From positions 2,833-66,832 of the forward strand of contig JAYZAY010000043.1 in assembly GCA_036339465.1 (NCBI GenBank): a stretch of DNA of 64,000 bases, in the 5' to 3' direction. Made by a program: the position numbers and the translations under genes. This document shows, piece by piece, positions 9,750 to 20,140 of the stretch. The first letter of the stretch is position 1; every line of letters begins with the position of its first letter. The stretch is from Myxococcota bacterium (GTDB lineage Bacteria > Myxococcota > XYA12-FULL-58-9 > JABJBS01). The notes below the pieces were generated by a model that was not told the DNA's origin, ran no database searches, and worked only from the letters and a program-made list of their open reading frames with translations.

Positions 9750-10235
9750 ATGAAAACAGCTTTAACCACCATCCTAACCATCTGTCTTTTCGCCCCCCAG
9801 GTCATCGCCGGAAACACTGTAGAAAAGCAATATTGTATCAACGCTGACTTTCTTTACAACTACGACGGTGACAGCCTCACCGCCACCTTCCCACAACTCG
9901 CCAACGCACTTGGAAAAGACATAGATCCCGCAGGTATCCTTTGGTACAAAGCGAAAATCCGAGTCTTGGGAATCGACACACCAGAAAAACGGGGCAAGTG
10001 TAAAGCCGAGAAAAAGCTAGCCAACATAGCAAAAGAATTCGTTAAAACGCGACTCGCTAAGGCAAAATCATTCAAACTCTGTAACTTTGTCCGTGGAAAG
10101 TATTTCCGACTCGTTGGAAATGTCATCTACACCGACACCAACGGCATCGAAGCGGACCTAAGCCAAGAGCTTATCGAGGCCGATCTAGCCGTACCCTACG
10201 ACGGCGGTAGAAAGACCAAAACGTGGTGCGAATAA
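9750..10235 (+). CDS. Secreted thermonuclease (staphylococcal nuclease/SNase-like) family protein
   Basis: Signal peptide MKTALTTILTICLFAPQVIAG. SNase motifs DGDSLTA, IRVLGIDTPEK, and C-terminal YDGGRK. Confidence 0.8.
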   Translation: MKTALTTILTICLFAPQVIAGNTVEKQYCINADFLYNYDGDSLTATFPQLANALGKDIDPAGILWYKAKIRVLGIDTPEKRGKCKAEKKLANIAKEFVKTRLAKAKSFKLCNFVRGKYFRLVGNVIYTDTNGIEADLSQELIEADLAVPYDGGRKTKTWCE

Positions 10236-10311
10236 TCCCCCCTGTATGCTTCTCCATACCTCAAAACAGCCACTTGAGGGAATTGTTTTTGTTTCTCTCC
10301 CAAAGCCCCCG

Positions 10312-10388
10312 CCGCCACGTTACAAGGCCGCCACGTTACAAGGCCGCCACGTTACAAGGCCGCCACGTTACAAGGCCGCCACGTTACC
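10312..10388. repeat. Non-coding 16-bp tandem repeat ccgccacgttacaagg, 4.8 copies
   Basis: Perfect copies at 10312-10327, 10328-10343, 10344-10359 and 10360-10375, then a partial copy. The period is not a multiple of 3. Overlapping small ORFs translate it as RPPRYKAATLQG repeats, which are artefacts. Confidence 0.9.
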
Positions 10389-11055
10389 AACGAATGGTCC
10401 AAAAGATGAAGATATGATTGCCGAGACAGGCTTTCTCACCAACTGAACAAACAATTACGATGGCCTCGCTAGGGACTTCCTACAAAATCCATGCATCAAC
10501 CCAACGAGACCAAACCAGCCACTCCACACCACAGATTAACGCAACGCACTTTTCCAAGACACCAAAAAAGAAAAAATCGATTCACTACAAGTTCGCTTTT
10601 TTCTTTTTGAATCCACAGACGATCTAGCACCATTGAGTGCTAAAGTGAGACAATTACCGATAAGAACAAACCCCATCCTACACCTTTTAAACACCTAGTT
10701 TAAGAAGAAACTTGGCAAAAACGAGAGAAACAGATTCCACTTCTGTGGTCGCTTAAACGCGACATCCCTGCAACAAGATTTAGAATCTCATGGTAGAACC
10801 AAAACCAGAGTAAGCCCTTTGAAAAACTTAAAACTTGAATCTGTCTTGCCCAAACCCAGTCCAGTAACCCCGCCGACCCTGTTTCAACCCAGCATCCCCA
10901 CACAAAGAGCAAGCAATAGCCAATAAGCACCCAACAATTGTGGGATGGGTAGTGTGCCACAAAAAAAGACATGTCGTTGTTGGCTCAACACTAGACCTTC
11001 GACAGCGGATTTGCTAGCCCGCCAGCCATAGCAACCAGCATGGAGAAGAAGATAA

Positions 11056-11307
11056 ATGGAATTAGGCATGACCACCATCCCCACCGATGCTCTCAAACGT
11101 CTTTTAGAATTCATCCATAAGCAAGAGGTTGCCTGCCCCCTCACCCCTGACAGCCTTGCCTGCTTGGGATTTCAAGACCGGCAAGAGAGCCTACTCAAGT
11201 ACCTACGAGAGCAGTCTGAGTCCGCAACCAAGGCAATTCTCGTTTGCGTGATTGCTGAACGACTCCGCTTGGATGAAAATCAGTCGCGCAACCGGCACCT
11301 CGATTGA
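11056..11307 (+). CDS. Small hypothetical protein (83 aa)
   Basis: Good SD ggagaag 6 nt upstream of ATG, and a non-repetitive amino-acid sequence. Confidence 0.35.
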   Translation: MELGMTTIPTDALKRLLEFIHKQEVACPLTPDSLACLGFQDRQESLLKYLREQSESATKAILVCVIAERLRLDENQSRNRHLD

Positions 11308-11313
11308 GACACC

Positions 11314-11538
11314 CTATTTGAAACGGTCATCTTCTCCAAATGACTCGTCGCCCATGGCATTAAAAAGCCGGGTGGCCACAATCAACAAGCCACTCCCGAG
11401 CCCCCCAAAAAAACCCGCAAAAAACTTCCTAAAATACGACCACTCATCAGGCCCATAAGAAAAGGCCAAAAACCAACCGAGAAAAACCAAGATGATGAGG
11501 ATACCAGCCACAACAGGGTGCTTCTTTAATTCATTCAT
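11314..11538 (-). CDS. Small two-TM membrane protein (74 aa), hypothetical
   Basis: Two hydrophobic helices. It lies directly downstream of and co-directional with the DASS transporter. Confidence 0.4.
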   Translation of the reverse strand: MNELKKHPVVAGILIILVFLGWFLAFSYGPDEWSYFRKFFAGFFGGLGSGLLIVATRLFNAMGDESFGEDDRFK

Positions 11539-11579
11539 AAGCCCACCACACGTCCGTTCATTCAGCTTTTCTCACCTCC

Positions 11580-12956
11580 CTAATAGATTATAAAATAGGT
11601 GAAGATCGAGATAATCCCCACCCCCAGGAAATTTAAAACCACCCCCTCTCGCATCATGACCGACATAGAAACCAACTTAGTCCCATAAACCACGGCATTC
11701 GGGGCAGTCGCCACCGGTAACATAAATGCGCAGCTCGCCGTAAGTGCGGCCGGCATCATGAGTAAGAGTGGGTCCACTTGAGCCCCAAGGGCCGCAGCGC
11801 CCAAGATAGGCATCAATAGCGTGGTCGTGGCTGTATTGCTGGTAATCTCGGTCAAGAAAGTAACTCCAAGGCAAAGGATGAGAAGCGACGCCCAAATAGG
11901 CAGAAAACTTAATCCCCCCGCCAACAAAGTTCCCACCACAACCGACAAACCGGAAGCCTCAAACCCTTTGGCAAGGGCGATCCCCCCCCCAAAGAGCAAC
12001 AAAAGCCCCCAAGGGATATTCGCCATATCCTCCCAGGTCATCAAGGGTCCTCCTTGGCCATCTCGAATCGCCCCCAGAGCCACCACCCCCATCAAGCCGA
12101 CCGTGCTATCACCAACCCCTTTTAGCTCTAACAGACCCGTCCACCCGCCAAAAGGCGCGCCCCTAAAAATCCACCCAAGTGCCGTAAAGAGAAAAACCAA
12201 AAGGATTCTCTTTTGCCGAATCGTGAGCGGCCCCTGTTTCGGAAAAAAAACCACCGCCTCTCCCCTACAATTGCGCTGTAACCACGCCCAAGCAACCAAG
12301 AGCAGGACCAGGCTGATGGGGATGGTTTTGGTCATCCAAGAGATGAAATCGATCTCCTGTGAAAAAGCCTCTTCGTAGTGTCCCATTAGAATAAGATTCG
12401 GTGGCGTCCCAATGGGCGTGCCCATGCCACCGATACTTGCGCTATAAGCCAATCCCAAAAGAAGACTCGCTCGGGCCCCATCGGCCAGGGGCGTGCGTTT
12501 AAGGGTCGCCAAAACGATGGGTAAAAGCATCAAAGTGGTCGCCGTGTTGGAGATCCACATACTAAAAAACCACGAGACCATCATAAAACTAAAAAGAACC
12601 CCCTCGGCCGTCTTCATGCCCATCAAATTAAAGAAGCCCCCCGCAATTCTCTCGTGTAACAAGCTTACTTCCATGGCACGAGAGAGCATAAACCCCGCCA
12701 TCAGCAAAAGGATAATCGTATGGCCATAGGCCTGTGCCACAACCTTATGGTTCACCGCCCCCACCATCGGCAGTGCGAAAAACGGAATAATGGAAGTCAG
12801 CGGAATTGGAATAGGCTCAAAAATCCACCAGGCCGCCGTCCAGCCTGCCAGCGCCGCAACCCCGATCTGGGCAGCGCTCAAGCTCCCCACGTAAGCCAAT
12901 AATCCAAGGAGAAGTGCGAAAATCGGACCCGCAATAAACTTCGTCGTTCTAGACAT
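11580..12956 (-). CDS. DASS/SLC13-family anion:sodium symporter (ArsB/NhaD permease superfamily)
   Basis: 458-aa polytopic protein with duplicated SNTATT hairpin motifs (WISNTATTLMLLPI and ITSNTATTTLLMPI). Confidence 0.8.
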   Translation of the reverse strand: MSRTTKFIAGPIFALLLGLLAYVGSLSAAQIGVAALAGWTAAWWIFEPIPIPLTSIIPFFALPMVGAVNHKVVAQAYGHTIILLLMAGFMLSRAMEVSLLHERIAGGFFNLMGMKTAEGVLFSFMMVSWFFSMWISNTATTLMLLPIVLATLKRTPLADGARASLLLGLAYSASIGGMGTPIGTPPNLILMGHYEEAFSQEIDFISWMTKTIPISLVLLLVAWAWLQRNCRGEAVVFFPKQGPLTIRQKRILLVFLFTALGWIFRGAPFGGWTGLLELKGVGDSTVGLMGVVALGAIRDGQGGPLMTWEDMANIPWGLLLLFGGGIALAKGFEASGLSVVVGTLLAGGLSFLPIWASLLILCLGVTFLTEITSNTATTTLLMPILGAAALGAQVDPLLLMMPAALTASCAFMLPVATAPNAVVYGTKLVSMSVMMREGVVLNFLGVGIISIFTYFIIY

Positions 12957-13294
12957 AGAGGACTCTTAACCGCACCAAACCTTAGATGCAAAAGATATAG
13001 ATAGCCCCAAACCGAAAGCCCAAAAAACCAAACAAAACTCAAAAGATTGTTACCATCCAAACAACGACAAGAAAGACAATAAAACAATCCAAGCTGCACC
13101 GAATCAAACGAACTTTTCGGAGCCGACGACCAATTCCTTGGAATCTAACACTCGACAATCGAATCCACTCTTTCCTTAGACAGCTCAAACCCAAAATGAC
13201 ATTGGAGAACAAGGATCGGCGAATTCTACAAATTGCGCACGCTACCATCATGCAAAAGAGTACCCCAAACCCTTTCGCTTGATAAATCCGGCCC

Positions 13295-13843
13295 TCAATC
13301 CCGACAGGAATTGCGCCGACAAAACCCCACAAAGTTCCGAATTTGGGACGTTAACAATTCTTTCGTCAAAGGTGTTGTGGGCTCCATATTATCATCGGTC
13401 TCGTTATGAACAGCAGGTAAAAACACACGTTCATTGAAACAAAGGGCATTTCGGTAACTAAATACCTGCTGCAATTGCTCTACAGGGCGAAGGCCGCCCC
13501 ATCGTCCCGCCGCAAGACCGACAAAACAGACAGGTCGATTCTCAAAACTTTCGGGAAAGGGCAGCATATCGATAAAGAGCTTTAAGACCCCAGGAAAACT
13601 ACCGTTGTATTCAGGCGTGACCACCACCAATCCATCGGCGCCAAGGACTGCATCGATGAAACTCTTAAAAGATTCCGGCTTGGTTGCGTATGCCCCTGGA
13701 CTGAGTAAAGCCTGTGGTAGGTCTCTCAAGTCGAGAAGCCTGACATCATCGACCAGTTCAGCATATTTTACAACCAACGACTGCGCCATTCGAAGTGTGT
13801 AACTGCCCTCACGGTTTGTTCCTGAAACAACCACCAAGCGCAT
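13295..13843 (-). CDS. NAD(P)H-dependent FMN reductase (flavodoxin-like fold)
   Basis: MRLVVVSGTNREGS and VVVTPEYNGSFPGVLKLFIDML motifs. Confidence 0.8.
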   Translation of the reverse strand: MRLVVVSGTNREGSYTLRMAQSLVVKYAELVDDVRLLDLRDLPQALLSPGAYATKPESFKSFIDAVLGADGLVVVTPEYNGSFPGVLKLFIDMLPFPESFENRPVCFVGLAAGRWGGLRPVEQLQQVFSYRNALCFNERVFLPAVHNETDDNMEPTTPLTKELLTSQIRNFVGFCRRNSCRD

Positions 13844-13871
13844 CTTTTATCTCCTAATTCTAGGTTTTGTT

Positions 13872-14864
13872 CTAAATGCAATTCTCTTCAGCAAAATCCC
13901 ACGGTGCCCACACTTTAATCGCCTGGGGAACAACCTCATAGACCACCGGCAATTTCCCAGATAATTCACCATCGCACTCGATGGCACAGGGCCGCCGGTC
14001 AACGGCCGTCGCCTCAATTTTCTTGCCTCGAACCATGGAAAATCCCTCCAGCCCCAAATGCTCACCCTTATAAACCTTCGGGTTATGCTTAAGAAAATCC
14101 ATTAAGCCGACATCCTCAAGAATAATAACATCAAAGAGACCATCATTCAAAACTGCCCGGGGAGCAATTTTCATAGAACCACCAAAGTAACGCGCATTGG
14201 CCACCGCAACCATATTCGCATCAACCACGCGGTCATAAATGTCATCCACTTTGAGATGAATTCGGCAATTCTTGTAGGTCATCAGTCCCAAAACAGTGCC
14301 CAACAAATAGGTCAATTTTCCGCCGAGGATTTTGCCACTGGAATTCACCTTTTCCGTAATTGCACCCGAGGACCCAAAACTAGAGATATTGATAAAATGC
14401 CGTCGCGACTGCTGATAACCATCGTCACAAATCAGCCGTCCAACATCGACAAACTGGCTCTTGGAATGTTCAATAATATGGGCGGGAGGTGCAGCATACA
14501 TCCCTAAGGTTCGTGCAAAATCCCCACCAGTTCCCGCAGGCACCACCGCCAATGCCGTTTCTTCACCGATGAGATTACCCTCATCGTCAAAAAATCCGTT
14601 CACCACCTCATTGAGCGTGCCGTCCCCCCCCACCACCAAAACGGTATCGAATCCATCCAAAATTGCTTGTCGCGTCAGCTCTGTGGCATGTCTTGGTCGA
14701 GTGGTAAGCCGTATCTCTGGTTTTGTCCCCTTTCCAAAGACCCGTTCATAGGCAGCTCGCCAAGCGCCAGCTGCTTTTCCTCCCGCAGCCATGGGATTTG
14801 CAATAACACAAATCGACATCTCAACTCCCCTGCCCCCCACAAGAAGAACCAGCGACTCCGACAA
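13872..14864 (-). CDS. Diacylglycerol kinase-family lipid kinase (YegS/DagK-like)
   Basis: DAGK catalytic motif LVVGGDGTLNEVVNG, and a C-terminal accessory beta-domain. Confidence 0.8.
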   Translation of the reverse strand: MSESLVLLVGGRGVEMSICVIANPMAAGGKAAGAWRAAYERVFGKGTKPEIRLTTRPRHATELTRQAILDGFDTVLVVGGDGTLNEVVNGFFDDEGNLIGEETALAVVPAGTGGDFARTLGMYAAPPAHIIEHSKSQFVDVGRLICDDGYQQSRRHFINISSFGSSGAITEKVNSSGKILGGKLTYLLGTVLGLMTYKNCRIHLKVDDIYDRVVDANMVAVANARYFGGSMKIAPRAVLNDGLFDVIILEDVGLMDFLKHNPKVYKGEHLGLEGFSMVRGKKIEATAVDRRPCAIECDGELSGKLPVVYEVVPQAIKVWAPWDFAEENCI

Positions 14865-16670
14865 TTACCCCTTGGAGGGTTCTACCACCTTCAGACGAAG
14901 TTCCTGCAACTGGTCAAAATCAATATTGGAGGGCGCATCCAACATTAAATCCGTTTGCTTTTGTGTTTTCGGAAACGCGATCACATCTCGGATGGAAGAA
15001 GTTCCAATCATCAACATCATAATTCGGTCGATTCCTAAGGCGATCCCGCCATGGGGGGGAGCACCATACTGTAGTGCATTCAATAAAAAGCCAAACTTAC
15101 TCTGGGCTTCTTCCTCTGAAAGCCCCAAAGCCATAAACATATCCTTCTGAACATCTTCTTGATGGATCCGAATGGAACCACCGCCGATTTCAATACCGTT
15201 CAAAACCAAGTCATAGGCTTGAGCCTTCACTTTACCGGGCTCCGAAGGCAAATACTGACGATCCTCGGGGCGCGGGGAAGTAAATGGGTGGTGAGCGGCT
15301 ACAAAGCGCTTATTGTCCTCATCCCATTCCACCAACGGAAAATCAGTCACCCAACAAAAACGAAAATCATCGGCCTTGGTTAAACTGCGACTCTTAGCGA
15401 TATACTTTCTCAATTGGCCCAAGGCCGGATGCACCACCTTGGGTTTGTCGGCAACGAAAACAGCCGTATCACCTGGCTTTAATCCCAGTCTATCGGCAAT
15501 AGCAGCACGTTCGGCATCGCTGAAAAATTTCGCAATGGGAGACTGCCAACTATGGTCCTCTTTGACTTTGACCCAGGCCATACCCTTCGCACCATACACC
15601 CCGACAAAATTCGCCATTTCATCCAGTTCTTTTCGAGAAAAATCCCCGATGCCCGTGAGGTTAATGGACTTAACAATTCCGCCACCTCCCACCACGTCCG
15701 CAAAAACCTTAAAGCCTGTATTGACAACCAAATCGCTCAAGTCCACCAATTCGAGACCAAAGCGTAAATCAGGCGCATCCAGACCGAATCGTCGTATGGA
15801 TTCATCATAGGTCAGACGCTCAAAGGGAGGTTTGAGCTCCACGCCCCGCAATTGCTTCCAAGCACGTGCAAGAATATCCTCGACCGCCAAATACACATCC
15901 TCAGGAGAACAAAATGACATCTCCACATCGAGCTGTGTAAATTCAGGCTGACGCTCGGCCCTCAGATCCTCATCCCTAAAGCAACGAACAATTTGAAAAT
16001 ATCGGTCATACCCAGCAACCATAAACAGCTGCTTAAAAATCTGGGGTGACTGAGGAAGGGCAAAAAACTTGCCTGAGTGGACCCGCGAAGGCACAACATA
16101 ATCACGTGCCCCCTCAGGTGTGCTTTTAATTAGATAAGGTGTTTCCAATTCGAGGAAACCTTGTTCGTCCAAACCTCGTCGCAAAAGCTGATTAAACTTA
16201 TGTCGCAAAATGAGATTATCCTGTAGACTGGGGCGGCGGAGGTCCAAATATCGATATTTCAATCGAACTTCTTCTGAGGTATCAATATTGTCCTCAATCT
16301 GGAACGGGGGTGTGGGTGATGTCGAGAAGATCTCCAATCGCGTGGCAGCAACTTCAACTTCCCCGGTGGCCAATTTGGGGTTGATATTGCTTCCCCGACC
16401 TCTAACCCTGCCTGTCAGACCCAAAACCCATTCCGTTCTCAAATCTCCCGATACTCGGTGGGCCTCTTCAGCGATTTGCGGGTCAAAAACGATCTGAGTC
16501 AAACCATCGCGGTCCCTAAGGTCAATAAACACACACCCACCATGGTCTCGGCGGTTATGCACCCATCCCATCAGAACGACTTCTTCACCAATATTTTCCG
16601 CTCTTAGGGAACCACACCGATGGGTTCTCTTAATCTCATGAATAAAACGCGCCACAACCCAACCTCGCAA
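14865..16670 (-). CDS. aspS: Aspartate--tRNA ligase
   Basis: N-terminal OB fold ([37 protein letters not shown]) and class II motifs ([26 protein letters not shown]). Confidence 0.95.
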   Translation of the reverse strand: MRGWVVARFIHEIKRTHRCGSLRAENIGEEVVLMGWVHNRRDHGGCVFIDLRDRDGLTQIVFDPQIAEEAHRVSGDLRTEWVLGLTGRVRGRGSNINPKLATGEVEVAATRLEIFSTSPTPPFQIEDNIDTSEEVRLKYRYLDLRRPSLQDNLILRHKFNQLLRRGLDEQGFLELETPYLIKSTPEGARDYVVPSRVHSGKFFALPQSPQIFKQLFMVAGYDRYFQIVRCFRDEDLRAERQPEFTQLDVEMSFCSPEDVYLAVEDILARAWKQLRGVELKPPFERLTYDESIRRFGLDAPDLRFGLELVDLSDLVVNTGFKVFADVVGGGGIVKSINLTGIGDFSRKELDEMANFVGVYGAKGMAWVKVKEDHSWQSPIAKFFSDAERAAIADRLGLKPGDTAVFVADKPKVVHPALGQLRKYIAKSRSLTKADDFRFCWVTDFPLVEWDEDNKRFVAAHHPFTSPRPEDRQYLPSEPGKVKAQAYDLVLNGIEIGGGSIRIHQEDVQKDMFMALGLSEEEAQSKFGFLLNALQYGAPPHGGIALGIDRIMMLMIGTSSIRDVIAFPKTQKQTDLMLDAPSNIDFDQLQELRLKVVEPSKG

Positions 16671-16811
16671 TACAAAAAGGAATTTATGGAGGCTACCTAG
16701 CAGATTGGTTTTTCATCGCAAGGGGGTCGGCATTTTTGTAGCGCAGATACACCACGGTTAAACTTGGACCAAACCTCCCATTGAACCGTTGGACCCGGCC
16801 AAGGATCGTGA

Positions 16812-18956
16812 CTAAGTTCGGTCTATGCTCACCACACCCTTTATCTGCCGTATTTTCGCCATCACAATTCGAAGCTGGTCTTTGCCATCGATAAGTATCT
16901 CAAATGTATTTTCCGCCTTATCATCACCGGTAACTTTACAGTTAGCTTCGGCAATATTGACAGCATTGTCGGTAAAAGTTTGGGAAATGGTCGCCAGGAT
17001 ACCGGGTCTGTCCTCGGTGGTAACCCGGATCTGAACGGGCCGCTTAACCTTCGTACTGTCATCCCATTCGACCTCAATACGTCGGTCTGGATCGATGTCC
17101 AGGGCCCGCGAACACATGTGCTGATGCACTGTAATCCCCCTTCCCCGGGTAACAAAACCCACAATCGGGTCACCTGGCAGGGGATTGCAACACTTCGCGA
17201 ACCGAACCAAGACGTCATCGAGGCCAGCAACCATAATTCCACTCGACGAATGGCGTGCAGCTCGACTGATAATCTCCCCCAAACGAGTAGGCTGTGGCTT
17301 CTTTGGCTCCACGTCTGGATTGAGCTTCTGTAAAACCTGAGTTGGCGTGGCATTTCCATAGCCCAAGGCAATAAACAAACCGTCTTGGTTTCGGTGGCGA
17401 AGCATCTTCGCGACTTCATTCAACCGACCAGACTTCTGAAGCTTATTGAGAGACATACCGTTGCGCTTCAATTCTCGTTCAATCAAATCCCGACCCAAGT
17501 GGCGCGAACGCTCTCTTTCCTCAGTACGAATAAGACTGCGAATTTTCTGTTTGGCTCGGCCACTGGCGACAAATTTGAGCCAATCACGGGAGGGCGTTTG
17601 ATTCGAGTTTACAATAATCTCAACCATATCTCCGTTTTTCAGCTCATGCCGGAGAGGGACCATCCGCCCGTTTACCTTAGCCCCCGCACATTGCCGACCG
17701 ACCTCGGTGTGAATGGCAAAGGCGAAATCCACCGGAGTCGCTCCACGCTTCAAGGAAATAACTTCCCCCCTGGGCGTAAACACAAAAACTTCATCGGTGA
17801 ATAAGTCGTATTTTACCGTATCGAGAAACTCATTGGGGTCTTTAAGATCGTGTTGCCACTCCATAAGCTGGCGTAGCCAAGCGAATTGTTGCTTATTCCG
17901 ATGATCAAGATTGTCGACCTCTTTATAATCCCAATGCGCGGCCACCCCCTGCTCACACACGCTATGCATTTCATGGGTTCGGATCTGAATCTCAATTCGC
18001 TCTCCCTCCGGCCCAATAACACTGGTATGCAAGGACTGATATCGGTTGGGTTTCGGCATCGCGACGTAGTCTTTGAAGCGCCCGGGGATAGGGTGCCACA
18101 TCGAATGCACATGCCCAAGCACCGCATAACATTCACCGACTGTCGTCACCAAAACGCGAAAAGCTATTATATCATAGACTTGCTCAAATTCGATATGGTT
18201 GGACACCATTTTCTTGTAAATGGAATAGAGGTGTTTTGGACGTCCCGAAACATCAGCCACGATATGTCTTCTGACCATCTCCTCATCCAGCGTATCCACC
18301 ACGCTCTCAACATAGATTTTACGCTCAGCACGTAATTTATTAACACGTTCACTGATAGCCTGATACTCTTCTGGATAGATGAAGCGGAAAGCCAGATCCT
18401 CCAGCTCACCTTTGAGCCAATTAATCCCCAGCCGATTGGCCAGCGGAGCATAGATGTCGATCGTTTCTTGGGCGATCTGAACACGTTTCCGCTCGGGGAG
18501 GTGGTAAAGGGTTCTCATATTATGCACGCGGTCGGCCAACTTGACTAAAATAACCCGTATATCCTTGGCCATCGCCACGAGCATTTTACGAAAATTTTCC
18601 GCTTGCTTATGCTCATCGGTATCAAAACGAATCTCGGATAATTTGGTGACACCATCCACCATCAGACTAATCTCAAGCCCGAAAAGGTCACGAATGTCCT
18701 CAAGCGTTGCCAAGGTATCCTCTACGGTGTCATGGAGAAGGCCCGTGGCAATACTGGCCTCATCTAATTTTAGCTGCGTGAGTAAATACGCGACTTCGAG
18801 AGGGTGGACGAGATAGGGTTCACCGCTCTTTCTCGTTTGACCCGCGTGAACTTTGGCCGAATACAGATACGCCTTTTGAACCAAACTCAAATCTGCCTGG
18901 GGAAGGTACGAAAGGATCTCCTCGGCTATATCTTCATATCGGCGCTTCAAGACCAT
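16812..18956 (-). CDS. rel: Bifunctional (p)ppGpp synthetase/hydrolase of the RelA/SpoT family
   Basis: HD hydrolase motif LLHDTVEDT, synthetase motifs (RFKDYVAMPKPNRYQSLHT), and TGS and ACT C-terminal domains. 714 aa. Confidence 0.95.
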   Translation of the reverse strand: MVLKRRYEDIAEEILSYLPQADLSLVQKAYLYSAKVHAGQTRKSGEPYLVHPLEVAYLLTQLKLDEASIATGLLHDTVEDTLATLEDIRDLFGLEISLMVDGVTKLSEIRFDTDEHKQAENFRKMLVAMAKDIRVILVKLADRVHNMRTLYHLPERKRVQIAQETIDIYAPLANRLGINWLKGELEDLAFRFIYPEEYQAISERVNKLRAERKIYVESVVDTLDEEMVRRHIVADVSGRPKHLYSIYKKMVSNHIEFEQVYDIIAFRVLVTTVGECYAVLGHVHSMWHPIPGRFKDYVAMPKPNRYQSLHTSVIGPEGERIEIQIRTHEMHSVCEQGVAAHWDYKEVDNLDHRNKQQFAWLRQLMEWQHDLKDPNEFLDTVKYDLFTDEVFVFTPRGEVISLKRGATPVDFAFAIHTEVGRQCAGAKVNGRMVPLRHELKNGDMVEIIVNSNQTPSRDWLKFVASGRAKQKIRSLIRTEERERSRHLGRDLIERELKRNGMSLNKLQKSGRLNEVAKMLRHRNQDGLFIALGYGNATPTQVLQKLNPDVEPKKPQPTRLGEIISRAARHSSSGIMVAGLDDVLVRFAKCCNPLPGDPIVGFVTRGRGITVHQHMCSRALDIDPDRRIEVEWDDSTKVKRPVQIRVTTEDRPGILATISQTFTDNAVNIAEANCKVTGDDKAENTFEILIDGKDQLRIVMAKIRQIKGVVSIDRT

Positions 18957-19117
18957 TCAGCGCTTCTCGCATAAAGTTGGCACCCGCTGATAGTCAAAAA
19001 TCATCATTTGTCATTCTTAGTCTGTCCCAGAGCCAAGCCCAAGGCAATCTGCCCTCATTTAAAAAACATCCATCCCCACGCCCCGGGCGTGTTGAATCAA
19101 GGCCCGATCCTGTTGAA

Positions 19118-19711
19118 TCACGCCCCCCCTAACCATAACTTACCTCCCACACAACGTTCAATTCCCCCCTCGGTCACCACCGCATCCATCCCTATATCGC
19201 CCTCATCTACAGGAAGCTCAGACCATACCTGTAAGTCGTAACCAAACCCCAGTTTATAACCCCCATAGTTCGCTAAAGTACGGTCAAAATAGCCTCCCCC
19301 ATACCCTAGACGCGTACCACAGGTGGTAAAAGCCACCCCAGGTACCACAATCGCCTCGATCGAGGTCAAAGCAGCAACTTCCGTACCCCGGGGTTCCAAA
19401 ATACCAAAGTTGCCCTTAATCAACTCATCATGGTCGGCAAAGGCGACAAAATCCAATGGCAATCCCACCCCCTTAATACGGGGTAAAAAGAGGGCGGTCC
19501 CCTGAGCCAAGCACAAAGAAGCCAGCGGAAAAACATCGACTTCGCCCCGAATCGCCGCATAAATGCCAAGAGAATTTAAGTTGAGGTCTTCAATTAGATT
19601 TGCCAAATTCTCTCGAGCTGTCGCACCAAAACGGTGCCGCTCTGCTTCGGTAAGGGCACTTCGCCTTCTAAGAGCTTCTTTGCGGACATCCGATTTGATC
19701 CTGGCCGCCAT
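19118..19711 (-). CDS. 5-formyltetrahydrofolate cyclo-ligase
   Basis: RLGYGGGYFDR motif. The proposed start MAARIKSDVRKEAL gives about 198 aa, the normal family size. The ORF track extends it to 19876. Confidence 0.8.
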   Translation of the reverse strand: MAARIKSDVRKEALRRRSALTEAERHRFGATARENLANLIEDLNLNSLGIYAAIRGEVDVFPLASLCLAQGTALFLPRIKGVGLPLDFVAFADHDELIKGNFGILEPRGTEVAALTSIEAIVVPGVAFTTCGTRLGYGGGYFDRTLANYGGYKLGFGYDLQVWSELPVDEGDIGMDAVVTEGGIERCVGGKLWLGGA

Positions 19712-20069
19712 AATGATTGGGAGTCCCATCCACACCGACGAGGGTGTAATACCAAGAATGCGGTCCCCGCCCAATGGCGGGCCAACAGGTTCTGAACCTG
19801 GAATCCCAGGTGGGTACGGCCTCTGGAGTTTTAGGCTTCTCGGTTGCATATAGCCCGAGCTTGCACACCACTCCACGAACAGCCATTCCCGTAATCTTAA
19901 AGTGTTGGTTCACGCACGCTCTTGGTAAACCACACACTGGGCAGGGCCGCAAAATCAAACCAAGGGGGGTTCACACCTTTCCTTGATCATCACACCAAAT
20001 AGTCGCCCACAAACATTGTCTCGTCAATCAATTAAGTGGTGGGATAAATTTGTGGTCATGTAATAGTTC

Positions 20070-20110
20070 TTGACAATACCTAAATTGACAATATTGCCTC
20101 AATTGGCAAT
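20070..20110 (+). promoter_or_regulatory. Three direct repeats TTGACAAT / TTGACAAT / TTGGCAAT at 15-18 bp spacing, 30 bp upstream of the 20141 ORF. Candidate operator or promoter
   Basis: Seen directly at 20070-20077, 20085-20092 and 20103-20110. Contains TTGACA -35-like hexamers. Confidence 0.25.
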
Positions 20111-20140
20111 GAACCAAAAAAAAATATCCAGGAGTACCTC

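Noticed and set aside
10223-10446. Two overlapping ORFs giving RPPRYKAATLQG-repeat peptides
   Set aside because: They are produced by reading through the 16-bp tandem repeat. Because the 16-bp unit is not a multiple of 3, the peptide periodicity comes from the repeat phase rather than from a conserved reading frame.
16862-18335. Several 100-185-aa ORFs antisense to or overlapping rel/spoT
   Set aside because: They are fully embedded in a highly conserved RelA/SpoT gene. No independent signals.
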